Shown here: positions 28,086 to 37,788 of the stretch, in pieces
Position numbering within the stretch: the stretch's first letter is position 1
How the letters are laid out: each line of letters starts with the position of its first letter
Assembly (NCBI GenBank): GCA_963804995.1
Contig: CAWDSK010000003.1
Span: 1,600,001 to 1,664,000 of the forward strand
From: an uncultured Acidobacteriota bacterium
Lineage (GTDB): Bacteria; Acidobacteriota; Terriglobia; UBA7540
Reading direction: 5' to 3'
DNA: 64,000 nt
Position numbers and translations under genes: made by a program
Notes under the pieces: model-generated
What the model was told of the DNA's origin: nothing
Seen by the model: only the letters and a program-made list of their open reading frames with translations
Database searches by the model: none

Positions 28086-29338
28086 GATTTGGTAAGCGGG
28101 GCGCGGCGAGTGACCAGTAGATGGACGGAACCCTTCGAATCCACATAGCCGTACCGGAAGTCCAACTTGCGGTGCGGTTGGTGCGCCCACAAATCCTTGA
28201 ATTGGTCGTTATATTCGTCGCTGGGGCAGCTATCAAAGCACATGGCGCCTTGGAAGCTCCCATAGGTTTCCTGGACAAACCCAGCTTGGGTCGCAAATTC
28301 GGGAGGGATTCCTGAGCTATCGGAAACCATGAACTCCATATTCACCAGCAGGTAATTGCGAAGACGCGAAAAGAGGGGATTCCACAGGCAGTAGCTGCCA
28401 GCCTTTGTCATCGCCGCAACGCGGCCCTGCCGCTCAAGATAGCGCAGAATAGGGGAGTTCTTTCTCAAGTAATCGTTACGGAGATTGGCCCCAATGTGGC
28501 GATGGATGCGCAGGGGGCCGTTGCTCCCGAGGGGGCGGAAAACCAGCTCCGAGTTTGCGAACGCCTCCGAAAAATCCGGTGAAGTCCAATCCCCGTGCCG
28601 CCGCTGCGCCAAACGGTTCTCCAGCGCGTGGATCTCCTCCACCGTGTAATAATGCAGCGAGCCATCCGCCTCCACATGAAAATACCGCAGAGAAACGGGC
28701 TCGTACCCGTGTACGGCAAGCCCCACGAGGAAGTAGGTGAGTTGTCCAGGCAGGTCGCCCTGCTGGGTGGCCGCAAGGCTACTGCTAGTGCTGTCGTTTG
28801 CGGCGAGGAGCCCGCCCACGTTCCGATCGAGGAAGTCCAGGCTGTCCTCAAGACGTTTACTATCAATTTTAGTAATACCCCGTGGATCGCCGGAGAGCTC
28901 GAGCGAGAGTGTGGTTATTTCGCGAGCGTCAGGAAAAGTGGTCAGGGCCGAAAGCAGGTCGCCCCCGCCGAAGGGGTAGACCACCTTGTCGGGCACGGGA
29001 TTGGGCAAAATACCTGCGAAGAAAGGTCTGGCGCGCGCCAGGTACTGGCGCCGATAGCGCTCCATACGGGGGTTAAGCAACTGGCAGTGCTTCGCGACGA
29101 CTTGGGGATCCAGGTTGGCATGTAGCCGAGACTTGCCGCCGCACGCCACAACGCGATAGAGGAGTTGCGCCTCGGCAGCAAAATCCTGGCCGGACGGACT
29201 GGCGGCCTGCCCCGCTTTCGCCCCGAGTGGCAAAAGTGCGATACCCAGCGTTGCCAGGAGGGAGGCCCGCCCCGCGAGCCAAGTTAATTTAATCCGAGGT
29301 CCCAAACCTTCCCATCCACGCTGCGGAGCCCTGGGCAA
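28082..29338 (-). CDS. Secreted hypothetical protein
   Basis: 418-aa ORF with signal-like segment and VVYPFGGGD, MTKAGSY, SDSSGIPP, FRYGY motifs; start uncertain. Confidence 0.7.
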   Translation of the reverse strand: MPRAPQRGWEGLGPRIKLTWLAGRASLLATLGIALLPLGAKAGQAASPSGQDFAAEAQLLYRVVACGGKSRLHANLDPQVVAKHCQLLNPRMERYRRQYLARARPFFAGILPNPVPDKVVYPFGGGDLLSALTTFPDAREITTLSLELSGDPRGITKIDSKRLEDSLDFLDRNVGGLLAANDSTSSSLAATQQGDLPGQLTYFLVGLAVHGYEPVSLRYFHVEADGSLHYYTVEEIHALENRLAQRRHGDWTSPDFSEAFANSELVFRPLGSNGPLRIHRHIGANLRNDYLRKNSPILRYLERQGRVAAMTKAGSYCLWNPLFSRLRNYLLVNMEFMVSDSSGIPPEFATQAGFVQETYGSFQGAMCFDSCPSDEYNDQFKDLWAHQPHRKLDFRYGYVDSKGSVHLLVTRRAPLTKS

Positions 29339-29349
29339 TAGCGCCAGTG

Positions 29350-30567
29350 TTAATAGATTTCAAAACTGCCAGTTGAGATTCGATTGCCGTTCACATACAG
29401 TTCCACCTTGTACCAGCCCGGCTTCCAATTACCTGGTTCCTTCCAACCCCGGCCAAAGTTGAAGACCGGCTTAGTCCATGTCGGCATTGCATAAGTATTC
29501 ATGTTCTGGTTGGCAAAAACCGTACCATTGGGATTGTACCAGATCGCGTTGATGCTGAAATCCACGCGGGCGGGTATAGCCGGGCAGGCAAGGTCGAGTT
29601 CCCAATTCATGTAGCGTGCGGTACGGTGATCAATACGGGTTTGGTAGGTACGCTTCGACAACTCTGGAGTATCGTAGCCCGACTCGAAGAACTTCATCTC
29701 TTCGACACGCGCTCCCGCAATCGGGAAATTGGGTAGAGTGCCAACCGCCGGAGTGACAACCGGGGGAGGAGGGGCGACTGGGGCGCTGACCGCTACGGCC
29801 ACGGTGGAGGTACTCACCCCGCCGGGACCTATAGCCGTGAGCGTGTAGGTCGTGGACTCGCGCGGCGACACCGTTGTCGAACCCGATGCCGCCACCTTGC
29901 CGACGCCCGGCTCAATGTCCACGTCGGTCGCGCCCTGTGAGGACCAAGTCAAGGTAAGCGACTGGCCGGCCACAATCGAGGTGCGATCCGCGTAAAGTGA
30001 GACCGTCGGCTGACTGGCCTTCGGGACTAAGGTTACGAAAACCGACTGGGGTTCACCTGGCGTGATCCGGATGGTGTTTTCCCAGGATTGGTAACCCACC
30101 AGAGAAACACGCAGGCGATAGTTGCCGGCGGCCAGTCCGGACATGCTGAGTTCCCCGCTGGTACTGGTCATCCCCTTGGGTTCGTCGTTCAAGTAGACCT
30201 GAGCCTCGCCGGGTTTCGATTGCACCTTCAGAATCCCGGCGCGGCCTCGCTGCGGCTGGTCGGGCGGCTGGGACTTGGAGGCCTTGTTGAGCGCATCGAT
30301 CAGTTCCTGCGTGGCGCCGCTGTCCCGAAACCTCTTTTCCAACTCGTCGAACATGCTGAAGGTAATTCCGTCTTCGGAAACGATTTGGGCGATACGTGAG
30401 CTTGGCACGCCGCCCTGCAATAATTCCATGACATCTTTTACGGCGAGTGGCTTCCCTGCCTTTGCGGGAACGGCTAGGAAGGCAACGGTAAGTAAAACCA
30501 AACACCACCGCCCTAGGATTTTATATCGCGCTGAAACTCTGGAACCATGGTTCGGGTTTTGGGGCAT
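29350..30567 (-). CDS. PEGA-domain secreted protein with extra Ig-like domain
   Basis: LKVQSKPGEAQVYLNDEPKG.T...GNYRLRVS..GYQSW; TLTWSS..TTYTLTA.GPGG; ATG at 30567. Confidence 0.8.
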   Translation of the reverse strand: MPQNPNHGSRVSARYKILGRWCLVLLTVAFLAVPAKAGKPLAVKDVMELLQGGVPSSRIAQIVSEDGITFSMFDELEKRFRDSGATQELIDALNKASKSQPPDQPQRGRAGILKVQSKPGEAQVYLNDEPKGMTSTSGELSMSGLAAGNYRLRVSLVGYQSWENTIRITPGEPQSVFVTLVPKASQPTVSLYADRTSIVAGQSLTLTWSSQGATDVDIEPGVGKVAASGSTTVSPRESTTYTLTAIGPGGVSTSTVAVAVSAPVAPPPPVVTPAVGTLPNFPIAGARVEEMKFFESGYDTPELSKRTYQTRIDHRTARYMNWELDLACPAIPARVDFSINAIWYNPNGTVFANQNMNTYAMPTWTKPVFNFGRGWKEPGNWKPGWYKVELYVNGNRISTGSFEIY

Positions 30568-30583
30568 GGCTTTTCCAAACACC

Positions 30584-31573
30584 TCAGTTGATTTGGAATG
30601 TTCCGGTTGCCACCCGCGCGTTACCACAATACATGTCAAGACGATACGTGCCCGGCTTCCAGTGGCCGGCATCGACCCACCCCCAACCGAGGGTATGCCA
30701 GGATGTGCCCCACGTAGCCTCCACATAGGCGTCCAAGGACTGCTTGCCCATTTCGGACCCATCAGGCCTGATCCAGTGCGCGTCGACCTTGAAGTCGATC
30801 TTCCGGCCGGGACTGGCAAAGCTCAGGTCCAGTTCCCAGTAAATTGACCGCGTCGAGCTGCTGTCGAAGCTATAGCGGTAAACGCGTTGCGCCTTTTCAG
30901 GGGTCTTGTCGTGCGGTCCCTCATAGAACTGGATGGTAGCGGATTTTAGGCCCGGAATAGAAAGCCCGTTGGGGACCACATTATTGGGGGGAGAGGGTTG
31001 AGGCACGGGAACGGGGTTCGATTTGATGGGAGTCTCAACGGCCTTTCGCACCAATGTAACGTAAACCGATTGTGACTCGCCGGCCGTAACCGTGATGAGG
31101 TTCTCCCAACTTTGGTAGCCAGGCAAGGAAACCCGCACAGTATACGATCCCGGCCTTAGGCCCGGCAGGCGGATATCACCCTCCGGGCTGGTGATGCCCT
31201 TGGGTTCATCATTCAAGTAAACCTGGGCCTCGCCCGGGGTGGTTTGTACCCGCAGCCCTCCAGTGCGCGGCTGCTCTGTTTCCGCCCGGTTCGCTGACGC
31301 CCGCTTCAAGGCCGTGACCACATCGTTCGCGCCACCGGAGTCGCGAACCCTTTGTTCGCTTTGGGCGGTAAACTCAAAAGCGATGCCCCGCTCACTGACG
31401 ATCTCAGCAACACGCGCGCTAGCAACGCCTCCCTGGAGCAACTCGAGGACCTCCTGTTCATTGAGCGGCTTGCCCTTCTGGGCCTGGGCCACCTGGAAGC
31501 TCATCGAGATAACAAGGGTAAGAAGCAGTGCACTCAGCCCCGCGTGCCTGACTCGGTAGGTTGCACGTTGCAT
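30584..31573 (-). CDS. PEGA-domain secreted protein (paralog of the neighbour)
   Basis: LRVQTTPGEAQVYLNDEPKG.T...GSYTVRVS.PGYQSW; shares N- and C-terminal domains with 29350-30567. Confidence 0.8.
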   Translation of the reverse strand: MQRATYRVRHAGLSALLLTLVISMSFQVAQAQKGKPLNEQEVLELLQGGVASARVAEIVSERGIAFEFTAQSEQRVRDSGGANDVVTALKRASANRAETEQPRTGGLRVQTTPGEAQVYLNDEPKGITSPEGDIRLPGLRPGSYTVRVSLPGYQSWENLITVTAGESQSVYVTLVRKAVETPIKSNPVPVPQPSPPNNVVPNGLSIPGLKSATIQFYEGPHDKTPEKAQRVYRYSFDSSSTRSIYWELDLSFASPGRKIDFKVDAHWIRPDGSEMGKQSLDAYVEATWGTSWHTLGWGWVDAGHWKPGTYRLDMYCGNARVATGTFQIN

Positions 31574-31991
31574 ACTTGGAACGTCCCCCCGATTAAACTG
31601 TTTCGTGAGCGATCTTATCAGCAGTGGGGTTCATCTTACAGCAAGGTGTCGCGACAAACAAGTTTTCGGTAGCGTGCCAGTTTGACGTAGAGGCGGCGGC
31701 ATTCATCCCGATCTGATCGGGATGCCGCCATATGGCGAGGTAAACTCGCCGCTGCATCATCAAACTGAGACACTACCCAAGTTTTCGGTAGTGTCCGAAC
31801 TTGATGGAGTGATTTCGACGGGGTCTGAAAGGCACAGATTCTGATGCGCTACCTGCTGCTCTTCTCGATGGGGATTCTTTCGTCTCCCAACTTGAACGCA
31901 GCGCCGCGAGCTTGGTGGTTCAATGCCGGCTGGAAGGCGACGCTTGGTGCGAATGGCGACGGCTTGGTCCATTTTTCTACCCATTTTCTTC

Positions 31992-32250
31992 ACTAACTAC
32001 CTTTCTTTTCATAAACATCGGTAGAAAACAACCATAACTTACTTCTTTTCATCAACATCGTTAGACTTGCCAAGTTGTCGCTTTTGTTTTCCTTTGTTTT
32101 CATACACATCGTTAGACTATCCTGATTGAAATTATTTGCGCTATTTTTCTTGCCGCAGTAAATGTAACTCATTGCATTTAAACTAGATAGGTTTTTGGTA
32201 AAAAACCACTTTCCACGCCTAACAACCTTTATTATCAATAACATATTCAC
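31992..32250 (-). repeat. AT-rich five-unit degenerate repeat element, copy 1
   Basis: Minus-strand units such as ctaacgatgtgtatgaaaacaaagg, ctaacgatgttgatgaaaagaagtaagtta, ctaccgatgtttatgaaaagaaaggtagttag. Confidence 0.75.
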
Positions 32251-32323
32251 AAACAGCGAGCGCTTCCGGTCCTTCTGCGCATGACGGATGTGGTTTAACC
32301 TTCACGAGCAAGTTCGTCAAGCC

Positions 32324-32447
32324 GGTAGCAGAGTGTGGTACTTTCACACTCTACGGCTCTTCTTCAAATGCACCCCGGCTCACCGAGATGATATTACAGT
32401 GCATGTTTATCATATTAAGAACCGCAGATTGTGAAAGGACCACACGC
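32324..32447. repeat. REPIN-like element related to those at 2207-2700
   Basis: ggtagcagagtgtg..cacactctacgg ... acagtgcatgtttatcatattaagaaccgcagattgtgaaagg matches about 2307-2350. Confidence 0.65.
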
Positions 32448-32842
32448 TAACTGCCTGGACGCATCATGGCGCCACGCTTCCTCACCTCTATTGTGCTCTT
32501 CATCGAGTGGGTTATGTCAATAGGATAAACACACTTTACGGCTACCGGTAGCCCAAAAACAAAATAGATCTGACAAACCGCCCGTTCGAGGCGGGCCTGA
32601 CCAGTTTTTCCAGCCCCGGCTGCATCCGACCACTCACGTGGCCGTAACTGGCCGGGGAGCCCGAGGCGTGCCTCCCCCGTGCCGGAAAGCGCCGCCCCCA
32701 CATCTAACAGAGGCGCCACCAGGTTGTTCGAGCCCTGCGGTCTTGTCGCATTCCAGGTTTATTGCTACACTGAGTAATTGCATTCAGGTTCCAATTCTGG
32801 CAGCTTGCCGGGACCTTTCAGTCTGGGCTTACGAGGCACTTC

Positions 32843-33283
32843 ATGGCGGATGAGAAAAACGATCCCTCTGGATTCAAAGTCGTCGACAAGCGGGCCTTCA
32901 CATCAGAAGGCTCACGGCGCGAGGACGATCCGATTGAGGTAAAGAAACCTGAAACTGCACCGGTGTCGCCCCAGGCGTCACAACCGCAAGTCGTCGCGGA
33001 GCCTGAGGAGGAGTTCCAGGAGGAAGCTTCCAGCTTCGAAACACTGGTTTCCTATCTCAGCACCACCGCCATGTTTCAGCTCGGCCTGATTGCCGGACCG
33101 GGCGGCGAGCGCATCCCTTCCGACATGGTGAACGCCCAGCGAACCATCGACCTGCTCGAGGTCTTGCAGGAGAAGACGCGCGGGAATCTGACGCCGCAAG
33201 AAGTACGCCTCCTCGACAACGTCATTTACGAACTGCGCATGACGTTTGTGGAATTGCAAAAGCGGCAGACGCGTAAAGGTTGA
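32843..33283 (+). CDS. DUF1844-like protein
   Basis: FKVVDKR, AMFQLG, IDLLEVLQEKTRGNLT..E..LL...YELRM.FV. Confidence 0.8.
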   Translation: MADEKNDPSGFKVVDKRAFTSEGSRREDDPIEVKKPETAPVSPQASQPQVVAEPEEEFQEEASSFETLVSYLSTTAMFQLGLIAGPGGERIPSDMVNAQRTIDLLEVLQEKTRGNLTPQEVRLLDNVIYELRMTFVELQKRQTRKG

Positions 33284-34041
33284 TGATACTCAAGTTTCTC
33301 GGGACTGGAACTTCGACCGGTGTGCCCACGCTGGCCTGCTCCTGCCGAGTCTGCAAATCCCCTGATCCCTGCGACAAACGAATGCGTCCGTCCATCCTGC
33401 TGGAGTACGACGGGCGCGTGGTGGTTGTGGATACCACCCCTGACTTTCGCACCCAGGCGTTGCGCGAGGGCCTGACGCGCCTGGATGCCGTCTTGTTTAC
33501 GCATGCCCACGCCGACCACATCCTGGGCCTCGACAACGTGCGGGTCTTTAATTTTCGCCAGCAGGGCCCGATTCCGATTTACGCCGAAGCGGGCTGCCTG
33601 ACCAGCATTCGCCGCACTTTCGCATACATTTTCGAGGGAAACTACCCCTATGGCGGTGTGGCCAAGCTCAACCCGCATTTGATCGACGGCCCGTTTGATC
33701 TGTGGGGTCTGGGCGTGACGCCGGTGCCGGTTTGGCATGGCAATTTGCCGATTTTGGGCTTTCGCTTTCGTGACACCGCCTATATCACAGACGTAAGCGA
33801 GATACCCGAAACCAGCTTTCCCCTGCTGGACGGACTCAACCTCCTCATTTTAGACGCCCTTCGTCACAAGCCCCACGCCACCCACCTCTCGCTCGCTCAG
33901 GCTCTGGCGATGGTCGAACGCATCAAGCCGCAGCGCGCCTACTTCACGCACATCGTGCACGAGCTTGGCCACGAGGAGACCAATGCCGCGCTGCCGGCGC
34001 ACGTGCGGCTGGCTCACGACGGATTGAAATTGCAGTTTTAG
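33280..34041 (+). CDS. MBL-fold metallo-hydrolase (PhnP-like)
   Basis: FLGTGTS.GVP, C.C.VC, THAHADH..GLD, AYITD. Confidence 0.9.
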   Translation: MMILKFLGTGTSTGVPTLACSCRVCKSPDPCDKRMRPSILLEYDGRVVVVDTTPDFRTQALREGLTRLDAVLFTHAHADHILGLDNVRVFNFRQQGPIPIYAEAGCLTSIRRTFAYIFEGNYPYGGVAKLNPHLIDGPFDLWGLGVTPVPVWHGNLPILGFRFRDTAYITDVSEIPETSFPLLDGLNLLILDALRHKPHATHLSLAQALAMVERIKPQRAYFTHIVHELGHEETNAALPAHVRLAHDGLKLQF

Positions 34042-34057
34042 GCGGGAATAGATTCGC

Positions 34058-35041
34058 ATGCGCATTATCAGCAGTCTCCAGGAACTCCGCGAGCCCCTTC
34101 CTCCCAGTGTGGTGACGATTGGGAACTTCGACGGGGTGCACTTGGCGCACCAGACACTTCTCCGTCGCGTCGTGGAAGTGGCGCGGTCACGGGGGGCCCT
34201 GGCCACGGCCATCACCTTCGAACCCCATCCCATCAAGGTTCTTTCGCCCGAGCACGCTCCCCGGCTGCTGACGCCGCTTTCGGTCAAAGCGCAATGCATC
34301 GAAGCCATGGGGATCGATTTACTCGTCGTGCTGCCTTTCACCCGCGAGCTGGCCCATTATTCCCCGCTGGAGTTCGTGCGCACCGTCCTCATGAACCCAC
34401 TGCGCGCCACTTCCGTACACGTGGGGCCGAACTTCCGATTCGGTTATCGCCAGTCCGGGGACACGGAAGTGCTGGAGGAATTGGGCCGCCAAGAAGGCTT
34501 CCAGGTTGAAGTTCTTCCCATGCTCCAGGTTCGCGGCGACCGCGTCTCCAGCACGCGCATTCGGGAACTGCTCACGGAGGGGCAGGTTCATAAGGCCAGC
34601 CGGCTCCTGGGGCGTCCCTTCTCCGTCCGAGGGCCGATCGTCGCCGGACTGGGCGTGGGGCGCAAGCACACCGTGCCGACACTCAATCTCGCGCCCATCG
34701 AAGAACAGTTGCCCAAAATCGGGGTCTACGTCACCCATACGCTACTCTCGGGTGTGTCCCACGATTCCGTGACGAACGTCGGGCACAAACCCACCTTCGG
34801 CGACCATCGCCTGACGGTCGAAACCTTCTTGCTGAATTTCACCGGTGAAGTCGCAGCGACCGATATGGAGATTGAGTTTCTCTACCGGCTTCGCGACGAG
34901 ATGAAGTTCCAGAATCCTGCCATCCTCAAAGTGCAAATTCAGGAAGATGCGCGCCGCTCCTTTAAATTCTTTCGCCTCCTCAAGCGTTGGCGGCAACTGC
35001 CTCAACCCTCACTACCCACACGCCTCCCGTCTTCAAATTAA
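34058..35041 (+). CDS. ribF: Bifunctional riboflavin kinase/FAD synthetase
   Basis: IGNFDGVHLAH, TFEPHP, VSSTRIR, PTLN, NVGHKPTF, LRDEMKF. Confidence 0.95.
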   Translation: MRIISSLQELREPLPPSVVTIGNFDGVHLAHQTLLRRVVEVARSRGALATAITFEPHPIKVLSPEHAPRLLTPLSVKAQCIEAMGIDLLVVLPFTRELAHYSPLEFVRTVLMNPLRATSVHVGPNFRFGYRQSGDTEVLEELGRQEGFQVEVLPMLQVRGDRVSSTRIRELLTEGQVHKASRLLGRPFSVRGPIVAGLGVGRKHTVPTLNLAPIEEQLPKIGVYVTHTLLSGVSHDSVTNVGHKPTFGDHRLTVETFLLNFTGEVAATDMEIEFLYRLRDEMKFQNPAILKVQIQEDARRSFKFFRLLKRWRQLPQPSLPTRLPSSN

Positions 35042-35294
35042 GTCTGCGCTGACGAAGGATGGGCCGTGATTTTTTGCACCGGCGAGAAAGCGCGGGACGA
35101 GGGAGTGGGTAGCCACGGTCAGTGATTTTCTGACCGTGGGGTTTTTTATGCACATTACGGCGATCATAGTTTTACGCACCGCCGCGGCAACAATCAACAG
35201 TTGGTCGAGGGTGCACGCCTGGGAAATGAAATTCTGGGAAAGTGGGGTTGAAATAAGTTCTCTCTTACGGCTATAATAGCCGTAAGGAGGAACC

Positions 35295-35696
35295 ATGGCT
35301 CAGTCTTTTGAAGTTCCTGGTCCGGTCCGTGAGCTTGCCGCTCGGTTGGGTCAGTCCCAGCCCATGCGGCGCGGCTCCCTATCGGAGCGTTATGTGAAAT
35401 GCGGCAAGCCGGGTTGTGGTTGCGCGGAGGATGCCAAGGCGCGGCACGGCCCTTATTACAGTCTGACGCAGGCGGTGGGAGGGCAGACCCGCTCCCGCTT
35501 CTTGAACCCCGAGGAAGCGCAGCGGGCGCGAGAGCAGATCGAGACGGGCCAGCAGTTTCGGCGTCAGGTGGAGGCTTACTGGGCTGCCTGTGAGCAATGG
35601 GCGGATGCCCAGCTGGAAGCCCGGGAGGAAGAAGGGCAAGCCGAGGTTAAAAAAAACCGCACTCGGCGAGGCTCTGGCGCACGACCTCACCGCTGA
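35295..35696 (+). CDS. IS orfA (DUF6788-like, CGKPGC.C...HGPYY)
   Basis: RGSLSER..KCGKPGCGC...HGPYY; RBS aggagg. Confidence 0.8.
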   Translation: MAQSFEVPGPVRELAARLGQSQPMRRGSLSERYVKCGKPGCGCAEDAKARHGPYYSLTQAVGGQTRSRFLNPEEAQRAREQIETGQQFRRQVEAYWAACEQWADAQLEAREEEGQAEVKKNRTRRGSGARPHR

Positions 35697-37002
35697 GATT
35701 GAGCGCCTGGTGGGTCGGGAAGCCACGGCGGCTCTGGACTTCGAGGCGGTGGAAACGGCCGTACGCCGTCAGGCTTTGCGCTTCGCCGCGCGGGTGGTGG
35801 AGCAGCGGCTGAATGCCGACCACTCCGACTTTACCGGAGCCCGTCGGCCGTGTTCCTGCGGTCAGCCCGCGCGCTATGTAGACCGGCGGGCCAAGCCTTT
35901 CCAGACCGTGCTGGGCGAATTACGGCTGGAGCGCGCCTACTATTATTGTGCTGCCTGCCAGCGCGGGTTCTGTCCTCGTGACCAGCAGTGGGGAATGGAG
36001 GACACTTCTCTGTCCCCGGCGGTGACACGCATGGTGGGCACGGTGGGAGCCTTGGTGAGCTTTCAAGAAGGGCGTGAACTCCTCGGGGAATTGGCGGGCG
36101 TGGAAGTAAGTGCCAAGCAGGTGGAGCGTACGGCGGAGGCGCTGGGAGCGGAAGTCGCCGAGGATGAACGCCAACCGGTGGAGGCGGTGAGGGAAGGACC
36201 CTTGCCGCCCACCCTCTATCTCGGCCTGGATGGTACCGGCATTCCCATGCGCAAGGAGGAACTCACGGGGCGAGCGGGCAAGCAGCCGGATGGCTCCGCC
36301 CAAACCCGCGAGGTCAAGGTCTGCGCCATCTGGAGCGCGGAAGCGCGCGATGCCGAAGGCCGGCCCCGGCGTGATGCTGGCTCGGTCAGCTACTCGGCGG
36401 CCATCGAGACGGCGGCCTGCCGCGACACCGACTCCCAGATCGCAGCATTTACCCAGCGCGTCGAGCGTGAGGCGAAGCGTCGAGACTTCGGGCAAGCCTC
36501 TCGCCAAGTGGTGATCGGCGACGGGGCTCCCTGGATCTGGAACATCGCCGCGGAGGTGTTCCCGCAAGCCCTGCAAATCGTGGATCGTTACCACGTGAAG
36601 GAGCATTTGAGCCAAGTGGCCAAGGCCCTCTATGGGCAAGCGGAGGCATCCCATCGCTGGGCGCAACGTCGGCACCAAGAATTGGATGGCGGGCGTTGGC
36701 GGAGTCTGACAACGGCGCTGGCCCGCCATGCGGCCCGCTCACCGGAAGCCCGCAACTGCCTTCAGTACTTGCAGCGCAACCGGCACCGCATGCGCTACGC
36801 GGAATTTCATGCCCAGCACCTGTGTACTTCCTCAGGGGTTCTGGAGGCGGGTTGCAGGGTCGTCGTGGGGTCGCGCCTAAAACGTTCGGGCATGCATTGG
36901 ACCGTGCGCGGCTCCAATGCCATCATCGCTCTGCGGTGTTACAAACTCAGCGGTCGCTTCGAAGACTTCTGGGAACGCCGGGCGCACAGGGTGGGGGCGT
37001 GA
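35647..37002 (+). CDS. ISKra4-like DDE transposase (orfB)
   Basis: CSCG, RAYYYC..C, LDGTG, IGDGAPWIW, IVDRYH, SGVLE.GC, RLKRSGMHW; probably expressed by frameshift from orfA. Confidence 0.85.
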   Translation, partial: LKKTALGEALAHDLTAEIERLVGREATAALDFEAVETAVRRQALRFAARVVEQRLNADHSDFTGARRPCSCGQPARYVDRRAKPFQTVLGELRLERAYYYCAACQRGFCPRDQQWGMEDTSLSPAVTRMVGTVGALVSFQEGRELLGELAGVEVSAKQVERTAEALGAEVAEDERQPVEAVREGPLPPTLYLGLDGTGIPMRKEELTGRAGKQPDGSAQTREVKVCAIWSAEARDAEGRPRRDAGSVSYSAAIETAACRDTDSQIAAFTQRVEREAKRRDFGQASRQVVIGDGAPWIWNIAAEVFPQALQIVDRYHVKEHLSQVAKALYGQAEASHRWAQRRHQELDGGRWRSLTTALARHAARSPEARNCLQYLQRNRHRMRYAEFHAQHLCTSSGVLEAGCRVVVGSRLKRSGMHWTVRGSNAIIALRCYKLSGRFEDFWERRAHRVGA

Positions 37003-37158
37003 GCCCGCTCACTCCTTCGTCGTGCACCCGTTGGTCGACATCGAAGGAAGAACCCACGGTCACAAAGGGTCGTCCACCATTAAGATTGGCGGACTTTCAG
37101 CCGCGGCGACACCGTGGCTACCCGCTTGGCGTGGGGCAGCTAATCTTTTCACACCTTC

Positions 37159-37788
37159 TCAGGGGGCAGGCTTGCGGAAGACTACACAGTAAGCTTGGCG
37201 GGTTGAATCATCGGTGCGCCAGTCGTCGCGAGTGGTCACGACCTGGAAGCCGGCAGCCGTGAGTTCGTCGATCAGGATCTTCTGCGGCACACCGTGTCCA
37301 CCGCGGTTCTTGGGCACACCCGCTGGGATCGTGCTCCCCGATCGCGGTTCTTCGTCGATCACCGCCAACAGTCCCGAGGGTTTGAGCGCCCGGAAAAGGC
37401 TGGCGTCGATTTCGGCCGGCTTCGTGAAGTGATGATACACGAGTCGCATGAAGATGGAATCACAGCACTGGGGCGGAAGGTTCGTTTCGGTTTCGGCGGC
37501 TTGGAGTGCAGTGAGGTTCTTCTCCTTCGCGGCAAGTTCTTCCAGGTGCGCCAGTTTTTTCGGGTCGAGTTCCGTGGTGTAGACCCTCCCCGTCGCCCCC
37601 ACGCGTTTGGCGACAGCAAGGGTCATCTGCCCATCACCCGCGCCGATTTCCGCCACCACGCCTCCGGACTGCCAGTTCAACAATGCGGCAAGGCGGTCAG
37701 TTTCCTCTTGGTAAGTGTCCTGGCCTCGGATTGGCGCAGGCCCGAGTGTACAGAGGACCAGCGCGATGAGGAAAGGGCGTCGTAGCAT
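37159..37788 (-). CDS. Class I SAM-dependent methyltransferase with signal peptide
   Basis: VAEIGAGDG, G.VYTTE, VYHHF, ALKPSGLLAVID. Confidence 0.8.
   Translation of the reverse strand: MLRRPFLIALVLCTLGPAPIRGQDTYQEETDRLAALLNWQSGGVVAEIGAGDGQMTLAVAKRVGATGRVYTTELDPKKLAHLEELAAKEKNLTALQAAETETNLPPQCCDSIFMRLVYHHFTKPAEIDASLFRALKPSGLLAVIDEEPRSGSTIPAGVPKNRGGHGVPQKILIDELTAAGFQVVTTRDDWRTDDSTRQAYCVVFRKPAP

Larger units (their letters stand above)
35209..37029 (+). mobile_element. ISKra4-like insertion sequence (1821 bp)
   Basis: Terminal IR gggtgcacg/cgtgcaccc; 9-bp TSD gttggtcga at 35200-35208 and 37030-37038; two overlapping ORFs. Confidence 0.9.

Noticed and set aside
31993..32250. 85-aa ORF (MNMLLIIK...MCMKTKE)
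   Set aside because: Translation of the AT-rich repeat element; the second copy contains stop codons, so it is treated as non-coding.
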